The translations under genes were made by a program, and so were the position numbers. Below the pieces are notes generated by a model that worked only from the letters and a program-made list of their open reading frames with translations, did not search any database and had not been told where the DNA came from. A stretch of 63,999 bases of DNA, filler included, from Octopus bimaculoides (taxonomy: Eukaryota): assembly GCF_001194135.2 (NCBI RefSeq). It is 5 parts of 4 records of this genome, joined end to end, with 100 filler letters (N's around TTAATTAATTAA, not from the genome) between each part and the next. Parts side by side here need not be neighbours in the genome. Positions count along the whole stretch, not along the records: positions 1 to 18,092 come from NC_068984.1; 4 more parts are not named here. One strand, written 5' to 3'. Shown here in pieces: positions 1 to 13,090 of this stretch (its first letter is position 1; every line of letters begins with the position of its first letter).

Positions 1-28
1 AAGCGGACGTTAAACGATGATGATGATG
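1..28 (+). mobile_element. 3' end and (GAT)n tail of RTE-X-like LINE family
   Basis: AAGCGGACGTTAAACGATGATGATG matches the 3' termini at ~8405-8430 and 17830-17860. Confidence 0.75.
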
Positions 29-98
29 AATCAAAATAATAATAATAATAATCATAATATTAATAATAATAATCATAATAATAATAATAATAATAATC

Positions 99-129
<31 letters not shown>

Positions 130-152
130 TAATAATAATAATAATAATAATC

Positions 153-184
<32 letters not shown>

Positions 185-203
185 CAAAATAATAATAATA
201 ATC

Positions 204-241
<38 letters not shown>

Positions 242-434
242 CAAAATAATAATAATAATAATGATAATAATAATAATAATAATAATCAAAATAATAATAA
301 TAATAATAATCATAATAATAATAATAATAATGATAATAATAATAATGATAATCATAATAAAAATAATAATAATAATCAAAATAATAATAATAATAATGAT
401 AATAATAATAGTAATAATAATAATAATAATAATC

Positions 435-465
<31 letters not shown>

Positions 466-548
466 TAATAATAATAATAATAATCATAATAATAATAATA
501 AAAATGATAATAATAATAATAATAATAATAATCAAAATAATAATAATA

Positions 549-597
<49 letters not shown>

Positions 598-634
598 CAA
601 TAATAATAATAATAATCAAAATAATAATAATAAT
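29..634 (+). repeat. ~600-bp interrupted (AAT)n microsatellite
   Basis: AAT units with regular CAT/GAT/CAA interruptions; source of the poly-N/I/Y ORFs. Confidence 0.97.
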
Positions 635-635
635 A

Positions 636-712
636 CTTTCTACTGTAGGCACACAGTGGGATTGAACTCAGAACTATGTATTTGGGAAGCATGCTTCTTA
701 CTACACAGCCAC
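636..712 (-). mobile_element. tRNA-derived SINE head fragment
   Basis: Reverse complement matches the SINE head at 12653 (GTGGCTGTGTAGTAAGAAGC...TGAGTTCAATCCCACTG). Confidence 0.65.
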
Positions 713-1240
713 ATTTTTCATTGTTATTTTTTTTATCTCACTAATTTCAGTTATTTGACTCTGGCTATGCTAGAACACAAATATGATATCTTTATTAGGT
801 GATCATATTTCAGGCTGGTACATAATTTACTAAGCTATATTTTACTGATTTACAAAGTTATTTTGAATCAGCAACAGACTTGTATTAACTGGTATTATTG
901 TGTCAATCACATAAGCATTTACACAAAGTTGGATGAAGACACAAAATGTATGCATATATAAATATATATGATTGTTTTAGAATAATTTTCATCTACTAAA
1001 TTCCACTTACAAGGTGTCAGTCAACCTGTGGCTATATTAAAAAAATATATTTGCTGTATGTTCCTTGTCATTGGATTGAACTGAGATCACATGGTTGTAA
1101 TGCAAAATTCTTATTTACGGAGATTCAACAGCACCCATATGTACATATATGTCTGTATATATGTGTGTGTGTGTATACATACATGCATACATACATACAT
1201 ACATACATACATACATACATACATACATACAAACATACAT

Positions 1241-1289
<49 letters not shown>

Positions 1290-1596
1290 AGTAAAAATAA
1301 ATACAAAAAAGGTGGGTTTTTGTATGATTGTGTATAGAGGAATATATTATTTTGTTTAAAAGAGTTCAAACACTGTCTGTTTTTTATGTTTTATTTATAT
1401 TCCTGCAGAACTAATGTGGGGTATAGAATATGGAATATACAATATATAATATATAATATAATATACAATATACAATATAAAATAAAATAAAATAAAAATG
1501 GATGGCACCATGAAAGAAAGTATTGAATGTAGATGAAATATTGAGTGTTCAATATAAAGGATCAAATATATAAATATATAAATATAAATATATAAA

Positions 1597-1636
1597 GGCG
1601 ACTCGAGTTTCAGGGCTATTTCCCTTCATCATGGCC
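1597..1636 (-). ncRNA. Degenerate minimal type I hammerhead ribozyme motif (Penelope-type)
   Basis: Minus strand GGC-C(A)UGAUGA-AGGG/aaauag/CCCU-GAA-ACUCGAGU-C-GCC; one extra A in the core. Confidence 0.5.
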
Positions 1637-1699
1637 GGTATGACAGACTTTGAGTATGTGTGTGTGTATCCTACACCAACTACGATCAACTTGTAGTAG

Positions 1700-1955
1700 T
1701 AGAAATACTTATGACACAGCTAACACGGTGACAAAACTGGTAAATAGAGTCAGGACTGCCTTATATACAAATAAATATGATAGATGCTCATGCAGAGAAA
1801 AATCAAAATGTCCTTTGATGAATCTCAGTATGAGTACAAATCTTGTATATAAATGTACTGTGCACACAAGGGGAGGGCCATATGTTTACATTGGGCAGAC
1901 AGCTGATTCATTTAAGAAACATTATCATAACAATGTTGCCAGCTTTAAGACAAAG
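1700..1955 (+). mobile_element. Penelope-like element fragment, Cys-rich linker plus GIY-YIG endonuclease
   Basis: CSCREKSKCPL...NLVYKCTVHTRGGPYVYIGQTADSFKKHYHNNVASF has the VY-x-YIG motif of PLE endonucleases. Confidence 0.75.
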
Positions 1956-2462
1956 GAAGTGAGCTTCATCAGACATGATCAATTTTTGCTTAAAATTTGG
2001 ATCATTTCGTGCCAATTCCTGGATTCTGATCGTGTATTTGAGCCTGTGCTCATAATCCTGGGACTTCAATTGTTGAACCAATTGTATCTCCTTCAGGTCA
2101 ACATACTGGATTCTGTTCAATGTTCTCTCACACTCATTCCCTTGCCTCCTCGGTCCTGACAGTGTGAAGTCTCCCAGATTATGGGAGATCACTTACAGCC
2201 TCTTGTTTTTCAAAATGACAAAGTAAGTTCCTCATTGAATCTTCACTTGATAGTGCCAATGATATGCTCTCTTTGTTTGAATAATTGACCCTTGATTTTG
2301 ATAGTACAATTACACCACTTGAGTGCATTATGCAGTGCCATATTTTTCCATAATCAATTTCCAGGACCTAGTCCATAAAATGCCTGAAAAGAAAAGAAAA
2401 ATGTCAAAAAATAAATGAATTACCAAACATTGCAACCACTCAGTGATTTTTGGGACACCCTG
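1955..2462 (-). mobile_element. Tc1/mariner (maT-like) transposon 5' part, decayed
   Basis: Terminus TA|CAGGGTGTCCCAAAAATCACTG at 2464-2441; KEIQLVQQLKSQDYEHRLKYTIRIQELARNDPNFKQKLIMSDEAHF includes the first catalytic D motif; stops and frameshifts. Confidence 0.75.
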
Positions 2463-4384
2463 TACATACATGCATGCATGCATACATACACACATACATA
2501 CATGCATACATACATACATACATACATACATACATAATACATACATGCCTGCATGCATACATACATACTTACATACATATATATGCATGCATACATACAT
2601 ACATACATACATACATACATACATACATACATTTGTATGTATATGCACTGTTAACATTAAATTGAGTAGTCTTCTGCAGTGGCTTGCATCTGACAAGCAA
2701 TTCATACCAAACTTGGTATGATAATAACCAGAGAACATGGAAAATTATTCATACAGACTTCCTAGAACAGAAACCTTGCTTCTTTTTCGAGCAAAGATAA
2801 AGTACTTAATTTTATGAAGCGGTAAATTGAATTTCCTTGGAGAGATTGTGTTATGGTTGATGGGCACAATAATCTCCTAACAGTGATTAAAGTGATACTC
2901 GAGGCAAAACATTCTTCTACAGATTGGAAATACTAATATTGATTTTACTTCAATCTTTCATAGTTCAGATTGGAGAACTTATAATTTTTTTTCTTGCTAA
3001 AGATACATGCAATTGGTTCTAAGCTGAATTATCATTTTAAACCTTGAATGGACCGCTGGCAATTTAAAGTGCGCTTGCATGTGGTGTGAATAATTTGGGA
3101 TACTTGAATTTCCAAGTGTACATGTAGATAGGCATTCATATGTAGTGAATACAATGCATAATGTATCTATAAATATGTGATTATATATATATATATATAT
3201 ATATNNNNNNNNNNNNNNNNNNNNNNNNNNNNNNNNNNNNNNNNNNNNNNNNNNNNNNNNNNNNNNNNNNNNNNNNNNNNNNNNNNNNNNNNNNNNNNNN
3301 NNNNNNNNNNNNNNNNNNNNNNNNNNNNNNNNNNNNNNNNNNNNNNNNNNNNNNNNNNNNNNNNNNNNNNNNNNNNNNNNNNNNNNNNNNNNNNNNNNNN
3401 NNNNNNNNNNNNNNNNNNNNNNNNNNNNNNNNNNNNNNNNNNNNNNNNNNNNNNNNNNNNNNNNNNNNNNNNNNNNNNNNNNNNNNNNNNNNNNNNNNNN
3501 NNNNNNNNNNNNNNNNNNNNNNNNNNNNNNNNNNNNNNNNNNNNNNNNNNNNNNNNNNNNNNNNNNNNNNNNNNNNNNNNNNNNNNNATATATAAAGAGA
3601 GAGAAAGCTAGATAGATAGATAGAGAGAGAGGATGGATTCTTTCAATGAACATGACATATGAGCATTCAGGTTTTAAGTTGAATGACCTACTCAAATGAT
3701 TTTATAGTGATCAAATGTATGTACTGCACTCCCTCTGTCAATTAGACATTACCTGTGTAGCCAGTACTGGCGGATGGGTTTAATAAAGAAAACTCAAAAG
3801 TTAAACCAAAATGGAATTTACATATACATACATGCGTACATACATACATACATTCATACACACATACATGACACTTTGAAGGTTATGTGTTTGCAATTCA
3901 AGAACAGGAGATTACCACAAAGTACCTGGTGAACAAGCAAGAGAGTGATGCTCTTGTAATCCTAGGGTGCAACTGCATGTGTAGGCCATGTGAATGTATT
4001 TGCAAACTGAGAATAAAAATTCCATGTTAGTATTTTTAATTCGTTAACTGTTGCTGACAATGATATGCACCAGAATAAAATTGATACTTGTTGCCCACAA
4101 TAATTTTCCATTAGTAATTTTAAGTAATTCTCTCTCTCTCACATTCTGTCTCTCTCTCTCTCTATCTGTCTAGCTTTCTGGGTAGCTATCAGTCTATCTG
4201 TTTGTCTGCTTGTCTCTCTATTTGTCTGACTGCCTGTCTGTCTGTCTCTCTGTTTGTCTGATTTCTTTCATTCTCACTTGAATATGTAAGTAAACACTTT
4301 GTGTTGCCAATAATCAACTGCAGCTGCCCAAGTTGTTTTAGAGTTCATATTGATGACAGGACCTAGCAATTATTATTATTACTA

Positions 4385-4740
4385 TGGCTGGGTTCCAACC
4401 TAGGCCACAGCAACAAAGTTCACTCACCACAATTCTTGGTCCAACATCATTACCTCAAGGTTTTGGATACATTCCAGGCCAGTGTCTGCAATCAAGTTGT
4501 CGATGTAAATGTGACAATATTTTCGTCTTCTTACATCACCATGAAGTGAGTTCCACCAGACTAAATTGGCTGCTTCCAGTACAGGGTGGCACACACAGTG
4601 ACCAGATACTCACAGCCATCTTTCCCTAATCTCCTTGCTAACTTTCTGTAAGTTTCCATAAAAGCATTCCTTTGTCATATGTTGCTGTCATTTCACATTT
4701 AAAGTCATTCATAGCATCCTTGTGTAGCATCCCTCTAGCT
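4385..4740 (-). mobile_element. RTE-X-like LINE, RT C-terminal fragment
   Basis: Minus strand HPVLEAANLVWWNSLHGDVRRRKYCHIYIDNLIADTGLECIQNLEVMMLDQELW resembles RTE-clade C-termini. Confidence 0.55.
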
Positions 4741-6589
4741 TGTTTGATAATTTCTTTGTCAATCTATTGCAAAGCAACTAAACTGCATGTTCAAATACAT
4801 CCAATTTCGAACAGAATCTAATTCAATCAAGCTTAAAGTTAATTCGAATATATTTAACTAGGGCACCATTAATTGACCTGTAGACTATAAAAGTTAACTT
4901 TAAGGGAATATATACGAATCGATGATAGAAACAGAAAGCTTTCTGTGGCATATCTTTGTGTGTATGTGTGTGCTACTTCAAATCATTTCAAATTTAGATA
5001 GCACATACACATGACAACTTTCTGGATAAAAATATTGACACATCATAGTCTAAATTGTTATGGGATTCTGAAGTTTTTTTTTTATAGACACAAACATGCA
5101 TATGTATGTTTTTGGTTTTGTGTCTGCAATGTTATGGATGTCAATACATGTAATTGAATCTTAAAATATTCAAAACATTAATTAAGGGAGCACTCAACAT
5201 GTTTAAGAAGATCCCACATATTTTATCATAATGACATATTTCAAAGTGACAATATCATCGGAATCAAACACCATTGGCGAGTATTTGTAACATCAGCTGA
5301 AGTCTAATTAGCTCCAATGCATTTTAGATCTGCAAAGGTCTGTTGTAATGAGTTTATTGATGTTATCTCTTTGCAAATCATTATTTTGTGCAGACTTGCA
5401 TATTTTTTTTCATAAACACCTATTAAAACCACTCCCACACAACTAGAGTCAACCGTTCAAACACAGAGCCAGATATTTCTTCTATAGTTAATTTGATGGT
5501 AATATGTCATGCTACTACAATTTGATAACCTTAGTAGCACTTACTTTCTGAATGCCAGTTTGATGGTGTGAGTGAGCTAATGTGTGACACAGCCATTTGA
5601 CACCTATAAACAAACTATTCCTGCAAGTTGTTCAGCAAGAAATTGCAGAGCCTTCATCTGTCATATATATGCATATATATATATATATANNNNNNNNNNN
5701 NNNNNNNNNNNNNNNNNNNNNNNNNNNNNNNNNNNNNNNNNNNNNNNNNNNNNNNNNNNNNNNNNNNNNNNNNNNNNNNNNNNNNNNNNNNNNNNNNNNN
5801 NNNNNNNNNNNNNNNNNNNNNNNNNNNNNNNNNNNNNNNNNNNNNNNNNNNNNNNNNNNNNNNNNNNNNNNNNNNNNNNNNNNNNNNNNNNNNNNNNNNN
5901 NNNNNNNNNNNNNNNNNNNNNNNNNNNNNNNNNNNNNNNNNNNNNNNNNNNNNNNNNNTATATATATATATATATGTGTGTGTGTGTATGTATATGTATG
6001 CTACAGTATATGCTATTAAGAATGTTGTAGACTACAGCATAAAACTCATCTATCTTTGGATTTCACCCTGTGCTATTCAGTGGTAGTATTATACATACTT
6101 CCAGGCTTGTGTTTGGGCATTTGTCGACTAAATTCAGGTCATGACAGACAGAGAGGATGCTCTTGAAGCTGAGATCTTGAACTTACAGAGACAATATTTA
6201 CATACTGCAAGAGAAAATACAACTAGATCTCATAATGCAGGGAAACGGTTACATAATCAAGTACCTGCTTGCCTGAAGAACTATGTTGTGTAGAAACAAA
6301 TGTAGTGATTCAAAAATAGATGTCCAACTGTATTCCTTGTTGACTCCAAATTTTTTCAGTTATGTGTGTTTATGTATATATATGCAGGAAATTGTTTCTC
6401 AAATGCCCTGGTGGCTGATTAGAGGTAGCAGATAATTTCTACTACCTAGGGGACCAAATTAGTTATGGGGCAGGATGTACAGAGAATGCAATAACTAGAA
6501 TAAGAATAGGATTGAAGAAATTTAGAGAGATTTTACCTCTGTTGATTATGGAAGGTTTCTCTCTCCAACTGAAAGCTAAATTGTATGAT

Positions 6590-7010
6590 ACATGTATACA
6601 GAAATAAAGTTTTCATGACGAAGAGATGAGGGTACTGAATGCAGAAGAAATGTAAAGATTAGAGAGGAATGAGGCTAGAATGCTCAGCTAAATGTGTAAT
6701 CTAAATGTACATGTTTGACAGAGTGCTAATGCATTGATAAAGATGATAGGCATAAGCAGAATTAGATGCAGTGTGCATGTGAGAAGACTGCACTGGTTTG
6801 GTCATGTGGTGCAGGTGGGTGCTGACAGCTCCATAAAGAAGTGCAAATCTCTCAAAGTAGATGGAACACATAGAAGAGGGAAACCCAGGAAGACATGGGA
6901 AGAAATACTGAGAGACGACCTCAGGATGCTGAACATTTCGGATGAGATAACAAAGGACAAATTATCTGGTGCTATGTTGTACTCAAGAAGACCCATTCTC
7001 CACAGCAGAA
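6590..7010 (+). mobile_element. RTE-X-like LINE, RT C-terminal fragment
   Basis: VRRLHWFGHVVQVGADSSIKKCKSLKVDGTHRRGKPRKTWEEILRDDLRMLN. Confidence 0.85.
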
Positions 7011-7111
7011 GTGTAAATCCACTGCCCCTGGGGAAGAGGAATGGCCTGGAAGAGTTCCATGCCAAATCAGACTGGAGCCAGCTCTAGTCAAAGTGTCCAA
7101 ACCATGTCAGC

Positions 7112-7152
<41 letters not shown>

Positions 7153-7155
<3 letters not shown>

Positions 7156-7470
7156 TCATCATCATCATTTAATGTCCGTTGTCCTTGCTGGTATGGGTTG
7201 GATGGTTTGACTGTACTGGCAGGCTGGAAGGCTGCACCACACTCCATTCTCACCTGGCATGGTTTTCTATGGATGGATGCCCTTCCTTACTCCAACCACT
7301 CTGAGAGTGTAATGGCTACTTTTATGTGCCATTTGCATAACACTGGTATCTGCCATGATTGCGATTTTGCTTGGCTTGACGGGTCTTCTCAAGCACGACA
7401 TAATGCCAAATGTCCTGATCATTACCTCCGTGAGGCCCAACACTCGAAAGGAACTCAGACACTTTGTCTC
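7153..7470 (-). mobile_element. RTE-X-like LINE 3' end with (GAT)n tail
   Basis: (TCA)n then TTTAATGTCCGTT...; reverse complement matches 7710-8430. Confidence 0.8.
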
Positions 7471-7479
7471 CATGAGACC

Positions 7480-8432
7480 CAATGCTCAATTGTGCATACA
7501 CGACAGAGTGTAAGCACCCTGAGAGAAATATTTGACATAAGAAGCATCAAATGTGGTGTGCAAGAGAGACGACTGCACTGGTATGGCCATGTACTATGCA
7601 TGGATGAGGAGAGCGGTGTGAAGAAGTGTCACACTCTAACAGTGGAAAGAACCCGTGGAAGAGGGAGACCCAGGAAGACATGGGATGAGGTGGTGAAGCA
7701 CAACCTTCAAATGTTGGGCCTCACAGAGGCAATAACAAGAGACCAAGACCTTTGGAGATATACTGTGATTGGGAAGACCCACAAATATAGTGAGATCACA
7801 GCCATGGCCGATACAAGTGTCGCATAACCAGCTCATCTAAAAATACCCTTGAATCGTCAGGTGATATGCTATGCTAGAGAAGACCTGTTGAGTCAAGTGA
7901 AATCGAATCGTGGCCAATGATCTAGCAAGTAAAGTGACATCACAGCTGTGGTCGATATCAGTGTTGCGTACCAGCCCATTAAAAGTACCCTTGAATCATT
8001 GGGCAATACACTGCGCCTGAGAAGACCTATTGAATCAAGTAAAATCAAAATCAAAAAGGAAATCGTAGTTGTGGCCGATGCCAGTGCTACCTGACTGGCA
8101 CCTGTGCTGGTTACACGTAATAAGTACCGTTCAAGCATGGATTAATGCGAGTGCTGCCTGACTGGTTTCCCATGCCAGTGGCATGTAAAAAGTACCATCC
8201 AAACGTGGTCGATGCCAGTGACCCCACCGACTGGCTTCTGTGCTAGTGGCATGTAAAATGCACCATCCGATTGTACCATCCGGAGTGGTTGGTGTTAGGA
8301 AGGGCATCCAGCCCTAGAAAACTTGCCAGATGAGATTGGAGCCTGGAGCAGCCTACTGGCTTGCCAGTTCTCAGTCAAAACGTCCAACTCATGCCAACAT
8401 GGGGAACGGACGTTAAACAATGATGATGATAT
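7480..8432 (+). mobile_element. RTE-X-like LINE 3' portion: RT end, internally repetitive 3' UTR, (GAT)n tail
   Basis: QERRLHWYGHVLCMDEESGVKKCHTLTVERTRGRGRPRKTWDEVVKHNLQMLGLTE; ends GGACGTTAAACAATGATGATGAT. Confidence 0.88.
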
Positions 8433-9249
8433 ATAAGAATGTATGTATACATTCATATTTACATACCTACATGCACACCAATGGACACCTACATTAATAC
8501 AGATATATACATGTAAATCAACTTAACAATAATACTGTAGTCATTCAATCACAACAAACAATATACAAACACACATACATATATATTTGCATGTAGTATA
8601 TGAAAAGAATACGATAAAAATTACTCAATGTATGGTATAGGCTTTACTAGTATTTATTGAGGTGATGTTGTTTCACAATAATGTATGAGTTATATGAATT
8701 CTCAATCCGTCAGGTTGACTTTATTAGCCTATAAGGAAAAATGTTTTAATCTAAGACAGCACCACCACTAACTCTTTCACTGATTAAGACAGACCAAACA
8801 GGCTAAACTTAAAGATCAGAAATTCATTAATGAAAATTCACAGAATGGCATACATTTTTCTGTTATATATAAGGAGACAACTATTTCACATTTCACACGA
8901 TAGTAAGTCTTGACATTTATCTTAAATTTTGGCCTGATATTTTTCTTCTATTTCTCTATATGCCACATACCAGCTGGGTTCCACTAGTTTCACAGAAAAT
9001 GGTTGAAAGCTTCAAATTTGTTTTACCTTACATGAGGGCAATAGTAATAATCTTGTCACTTATATTTAAGATATTGTTTGTCCAGGTCAAAATATCAAAT
9101 TTTCAAGCTGCACATTACTGAGAGTATTACTGTGGCCTTTATATGCTTTTGTCTTTTATTGTTACCTATGATATTTCGTTTAATTGCATTTGCCTTCCAT
9201 TGTAGTGTCAGAGAATTTACTATCCTCAGGTTTGCATTTTTTAAACCTT

Positions 9250-9830
9250 TAAGTTAAATTCCTTCAAAATGGAAATTAATGTCCTTTAACCGTTGATGTT
9301 ATGCCCATTTGCTGTTGGATATGGTGAGTCATTAATTTCTGAGCCATCCTACCCTAATGGATCTTGTTTTATTTTTCATGTGTATAGGATGTTCAAAATC
9401 TATGCTCCCTTATTTTTGAAAGTTCTTTTACATTTTTTTTAACCCAAGGGCAATTTTCATAAAATAATAATGACTTCCATGCATTTATTATAATGTTAAT
9501 ATCGGTCTTGGTTGTGGTGGTGCATATTTTACCAATTATTAGAGCTTTCACATGAAGTCCGTTATAATGGATGAGTCTTCTACAAGATTAATTTTGGTGA
9601 ATCTCCCTTGAATTTATCTCTGATGCTGTTAACATAGTTGGTAATGACAGTGCTGGATTTCCAATGTGCCTGACTTTTGTGCTTATAAAAGTTAAAATAT
9701 AATTGCTGATTATCTCCAGTTCAGTCTCTGGTGAATCTATGTCTTAGATTATCTGTAATGGTCTTTGTAATCCTTTAATTTTGTGTATAGTCTACATAGG
9801 TCGATGCAATTTCCAGAATGTGCTATGTTT
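9250..9830 (-). mobile_element. Penelope-like RT fragment, heavily decayed
   Basis: Frameshifted minus-strand SPETELEIISNYIL / HWKSSTVITNYVNSIRDK resembles PLE RT (NPAKSELG.ISK.IL...QWKNT..VI.WF..I.DK). Confidence 0.5.
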
Positions 9831-12652
9831 AAGAGTGTTGCTAGATCTTTCAATTTTGAATTTTTTTACATTCTAATCTAATTTTATGTGTTGAAACTAA
9901 GGCTAAGCATTTGAAAAGAATTATGTACACCCAGTGTGAAGGCTATAGATTGATAACATGAAAAATACATCTGGATATATAAATGCAAATGAAATACTTT
10001 GGGAAATAAAACAGAAGATAAAAATCGATGTGTTTATTATTTTCCTTGGTTGTGCTGCATTCACAGATTCCCATGACTCTGTCATCAGCCAATTCAATTA
10101 TTATACATCTGAATTGGGTGCTTGGGTCACAGTGAAGCTTTCATTGGATGATTACACAACCATCGTTGTCACTCCTATAGATGCGTTGTAGTTACTCTCT
10201 TGATAGAGCTTGGTGGTCATGGCTGTTGGTCTTCTAGGATTCCTCTACATCATTGACTCAGTTGGGTTCTGCTACCTTTTCACAATCCACCATGCTGTAG
10301 TCCCACAACATCGTAGCATCCCTGGTAGGGTGGCTGAAAGGCAACTCATAATTATGTAGGGCATGGTTGTCACTCCTTGAAGTATTTTCAAAATACCTAC
10401 AAACTCAAGTATGTTTATAAACTTTATTAATTACGACTTTTCCTAATTACAATGATTATGCTGCGAAAGATTTTGTCTAGCTATTAATTAATTATATTGT
10501 AGATATTTGGATGATGCCTAATACCTTTCTTTAAGTTTCATGAATTCTTGAGCTACGTAATCAATTTATATTCCAACCCAAGATACTGGACTATACCATT
10601 TCAGTGTTTAACACATACCAAGTGTGCCAAGTGTGTCACACAAAATGGGATAATTCATAGCTGAAAAAGACATTTTCACAGAAGCACATATTGCCAAGTA
10701 GCAAAAATTTAAATCGTTTTATTAATTTCTTTGCTACCTAATGTATCATCTACAGGTTCAACTGGTCTGAAATTCTGAAATTGCATGTGACATATGTTGT
10801 CTATGTTAAGTCTATGTTAAGTGATATATAGACATATGTAGTCTATGTTAAGTGATAAAACATTGTGATTATTGATATTTTTTTACCCTAAACAATTTTA
10901 GAAATTAGCTAGCAAATATTGATTTTATATAATATATGTGTGTGTGTGTGTACTTATGTATGTGTGAATACCATGAATACTGACATGATTTCATTTCTTA
11001 CAGGTACAAGGCCAGAAATTTTAGAGAAAACATCAATTGTATTGACTCCAGTATTTTAATGGTACTTTATTTTAATTAGCTCAGAAAGATGAAAGGTGAA
11101 GTTGACCTCAACACGATTTGAACTCAGAACACAACATGCCAAAATTAAAATTGCAAGATGTTTTGTTTAATGCTCTAACTACTCTGCCTATCCATCGTAA
11201 TTTACAGCAGGAATAGTATTAATAAAAATGTCAGTGACAATACTATAGGAAAAACAATAACTATAAACAAGATCTGAATGAATAGCCGTTTCTTATTCTG
11301 AATGAGTAAGCAGGTTGACGGAATTTCTCTATGAATCTTTTCCCTGATAATGACATTTTCTCCTTTGGTCAACAAGATACTAAAAGTGAGTGATTAGGTC
11401 AAGTAAAATGACAAGAGCAACACAAATTCAATTATGGTAGGAAATTGAAGACGTGTAGCTACAAACCGGATTCATTAATTAAAAGAATAGCCATTGATAC
11501 AAAATCAAATGACCATTGCCGTGTCTGGCAGTGATATAAATGGTTGTCGGTACTGAAATATAAATGGTTCTTCTGTAATACGATATTTTTAGTTGGTTCT
11601 GTATATAGCACTGAATTTTGTATCTGGTAGTAGTGACAGGAAAACAAACTGCTGGTATGCGATATTTACACAAGATTTTTAGGATTGCACCAAGCTCTTT
11701 AATTTTCTTGTCATTTGAAATGTAAAGTTTAGAAGTTTTTCTCACAAATGAAAAGAAAGTGAGAACAGTACAGAAAGGTTTAAAGACAGAATGATGCAGT
11801 TAAATAGTGAATGAGATGAGCAAGAATAAAAAGAAAAGTAGAGACAAATTGATGAAAACATAAAGAAACAAACAAACAGATTAGATTAGATTAGATTAAT
11901 GGGAACAGATTAAGAAAATAGGATAGGAAGTTGCAAAAAAAAAAAACAGGCCTGAAATAAGAGAGATTAAAACAGATCATGAGAAATGAAGAGAAAAAAG
12001 AACAACAGAGAGAGAGAGAGAGAGAAAAAGAGAGACAGAGAATAACATATAAATCCATGAAGAAATAAATGTAGCTGAGGTAGTGGTAATGGTGGTAGTG
12101 ATGGCGTTAACTGTGATGGTGGTAACCGTAATGGTACTGGTGGTGGCAGTAAGATGATACCTGTAACCCCACTCACGAAGACTCGGTCTTCACAAAATGA
12201 GTCATGGAAGGAATGAATATATTAAAATGCTTTGCTATGGCCTTTTTCATGTCTGCAGAAGAACATACACTTAGCACTCACAGATTATGAAATACTTATG
12301 AATTTCACAAAACTATTTCTGCTTTGTACTGTGCACTATGCTATTCTGCAGCATATATTTTGCACAAAGATGGCAAGATGTGCATTGAATGAAATTTGAC
12401 TGCTATTGTTGCAGATCAAGTAACCACATTGGTTGAAGGGAGCTTCTGAAGTTACTCATCATATCTCCTTCATATCAGATTACCCTATTACCGTAAGAGA
12501 AAACAACATATTTAATTATATGATCCAATATAAATCACATTGGAAAATGAACAGAATGTATGAGTTGGTCATAAACTAGATAAACTAGGCCATTGCCTAG
12601 GTCAGTAAAATCTAGGGGTTTTGCACAAATTCTAGGTAGCTTGAAAAAAAAC

Positions 12653-13090
12653 GAGTGGCTGTATGGTAAGTAGCTTGCTTACCAACAACATGGTTCTGAG
12701 TTCAGTCCCACTGTGTGGTACCTTGGGCAAGTGTCTTCTACTATAGCCTCAGGCTGACCAAAGCCTTGTGAGTGGATTTGGTAGATGGAAACTAAAAGAA
12801 GCCCGTCGTATATATGTATGTGTGTGTGTGTGTGTGTGTGTATGTGTGTGTGTGCGTGTGTGTGTGTGTGTGTGTGTTTGTGTGTCTGTGTTTGTCCCCC
12901 CAGCATCGCTTGAAAACCGATGCTGGTGTGCTTACCTCCCCATAACTTAGAGGTTTGGCAAAAGAGACCGATAGAATAAGTACTAGGCTTACAAAGAATA
13001 AGTCCTGGGGTTGATTTACTCGACTAGAAGGTGGTGCTCCAGCATGGCCACAGTCAAATGACTGAAACAAGTAAAAGATTAAAAGAATAA
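12653..13090 (+). mobile_element. Near full-length tRNA-derived SINE with internal (TG)n
   Basis: tRNA-like head GTGGCTGTATGGTAAG...GAGTTCAGTCCC, core ACCTTGGGCAAGTGTCTTCT, tail GACTGAAACAAGTAAAAGA; many copies in the window. Confidence 0.85.

Noticed and set aside
17-802. 261-aa poly-Asn ORF (and poly-Ile/poly-Tyr frames)
   Set aside because: Translation of an (AAT)n microsatellite; no complex sequence, domain or splice support
6141-6293. 50-aa ORF MTDREDALEAEILNLQRQYL...GKRLHNQVPACLKNYVV
   Set aside because: GKR suggests a neuropeptide site, but there is no signal peptide, an in-frame stop lies just upstream and the acceptor is weak; the ending resembles LTR-retrotransposon pol tails. Unresolved without a search.
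10030-10420. Higher-complexity, coding-looking segment
   Set aside because: All six frames contain stops and no family motif could be assigned with confidence
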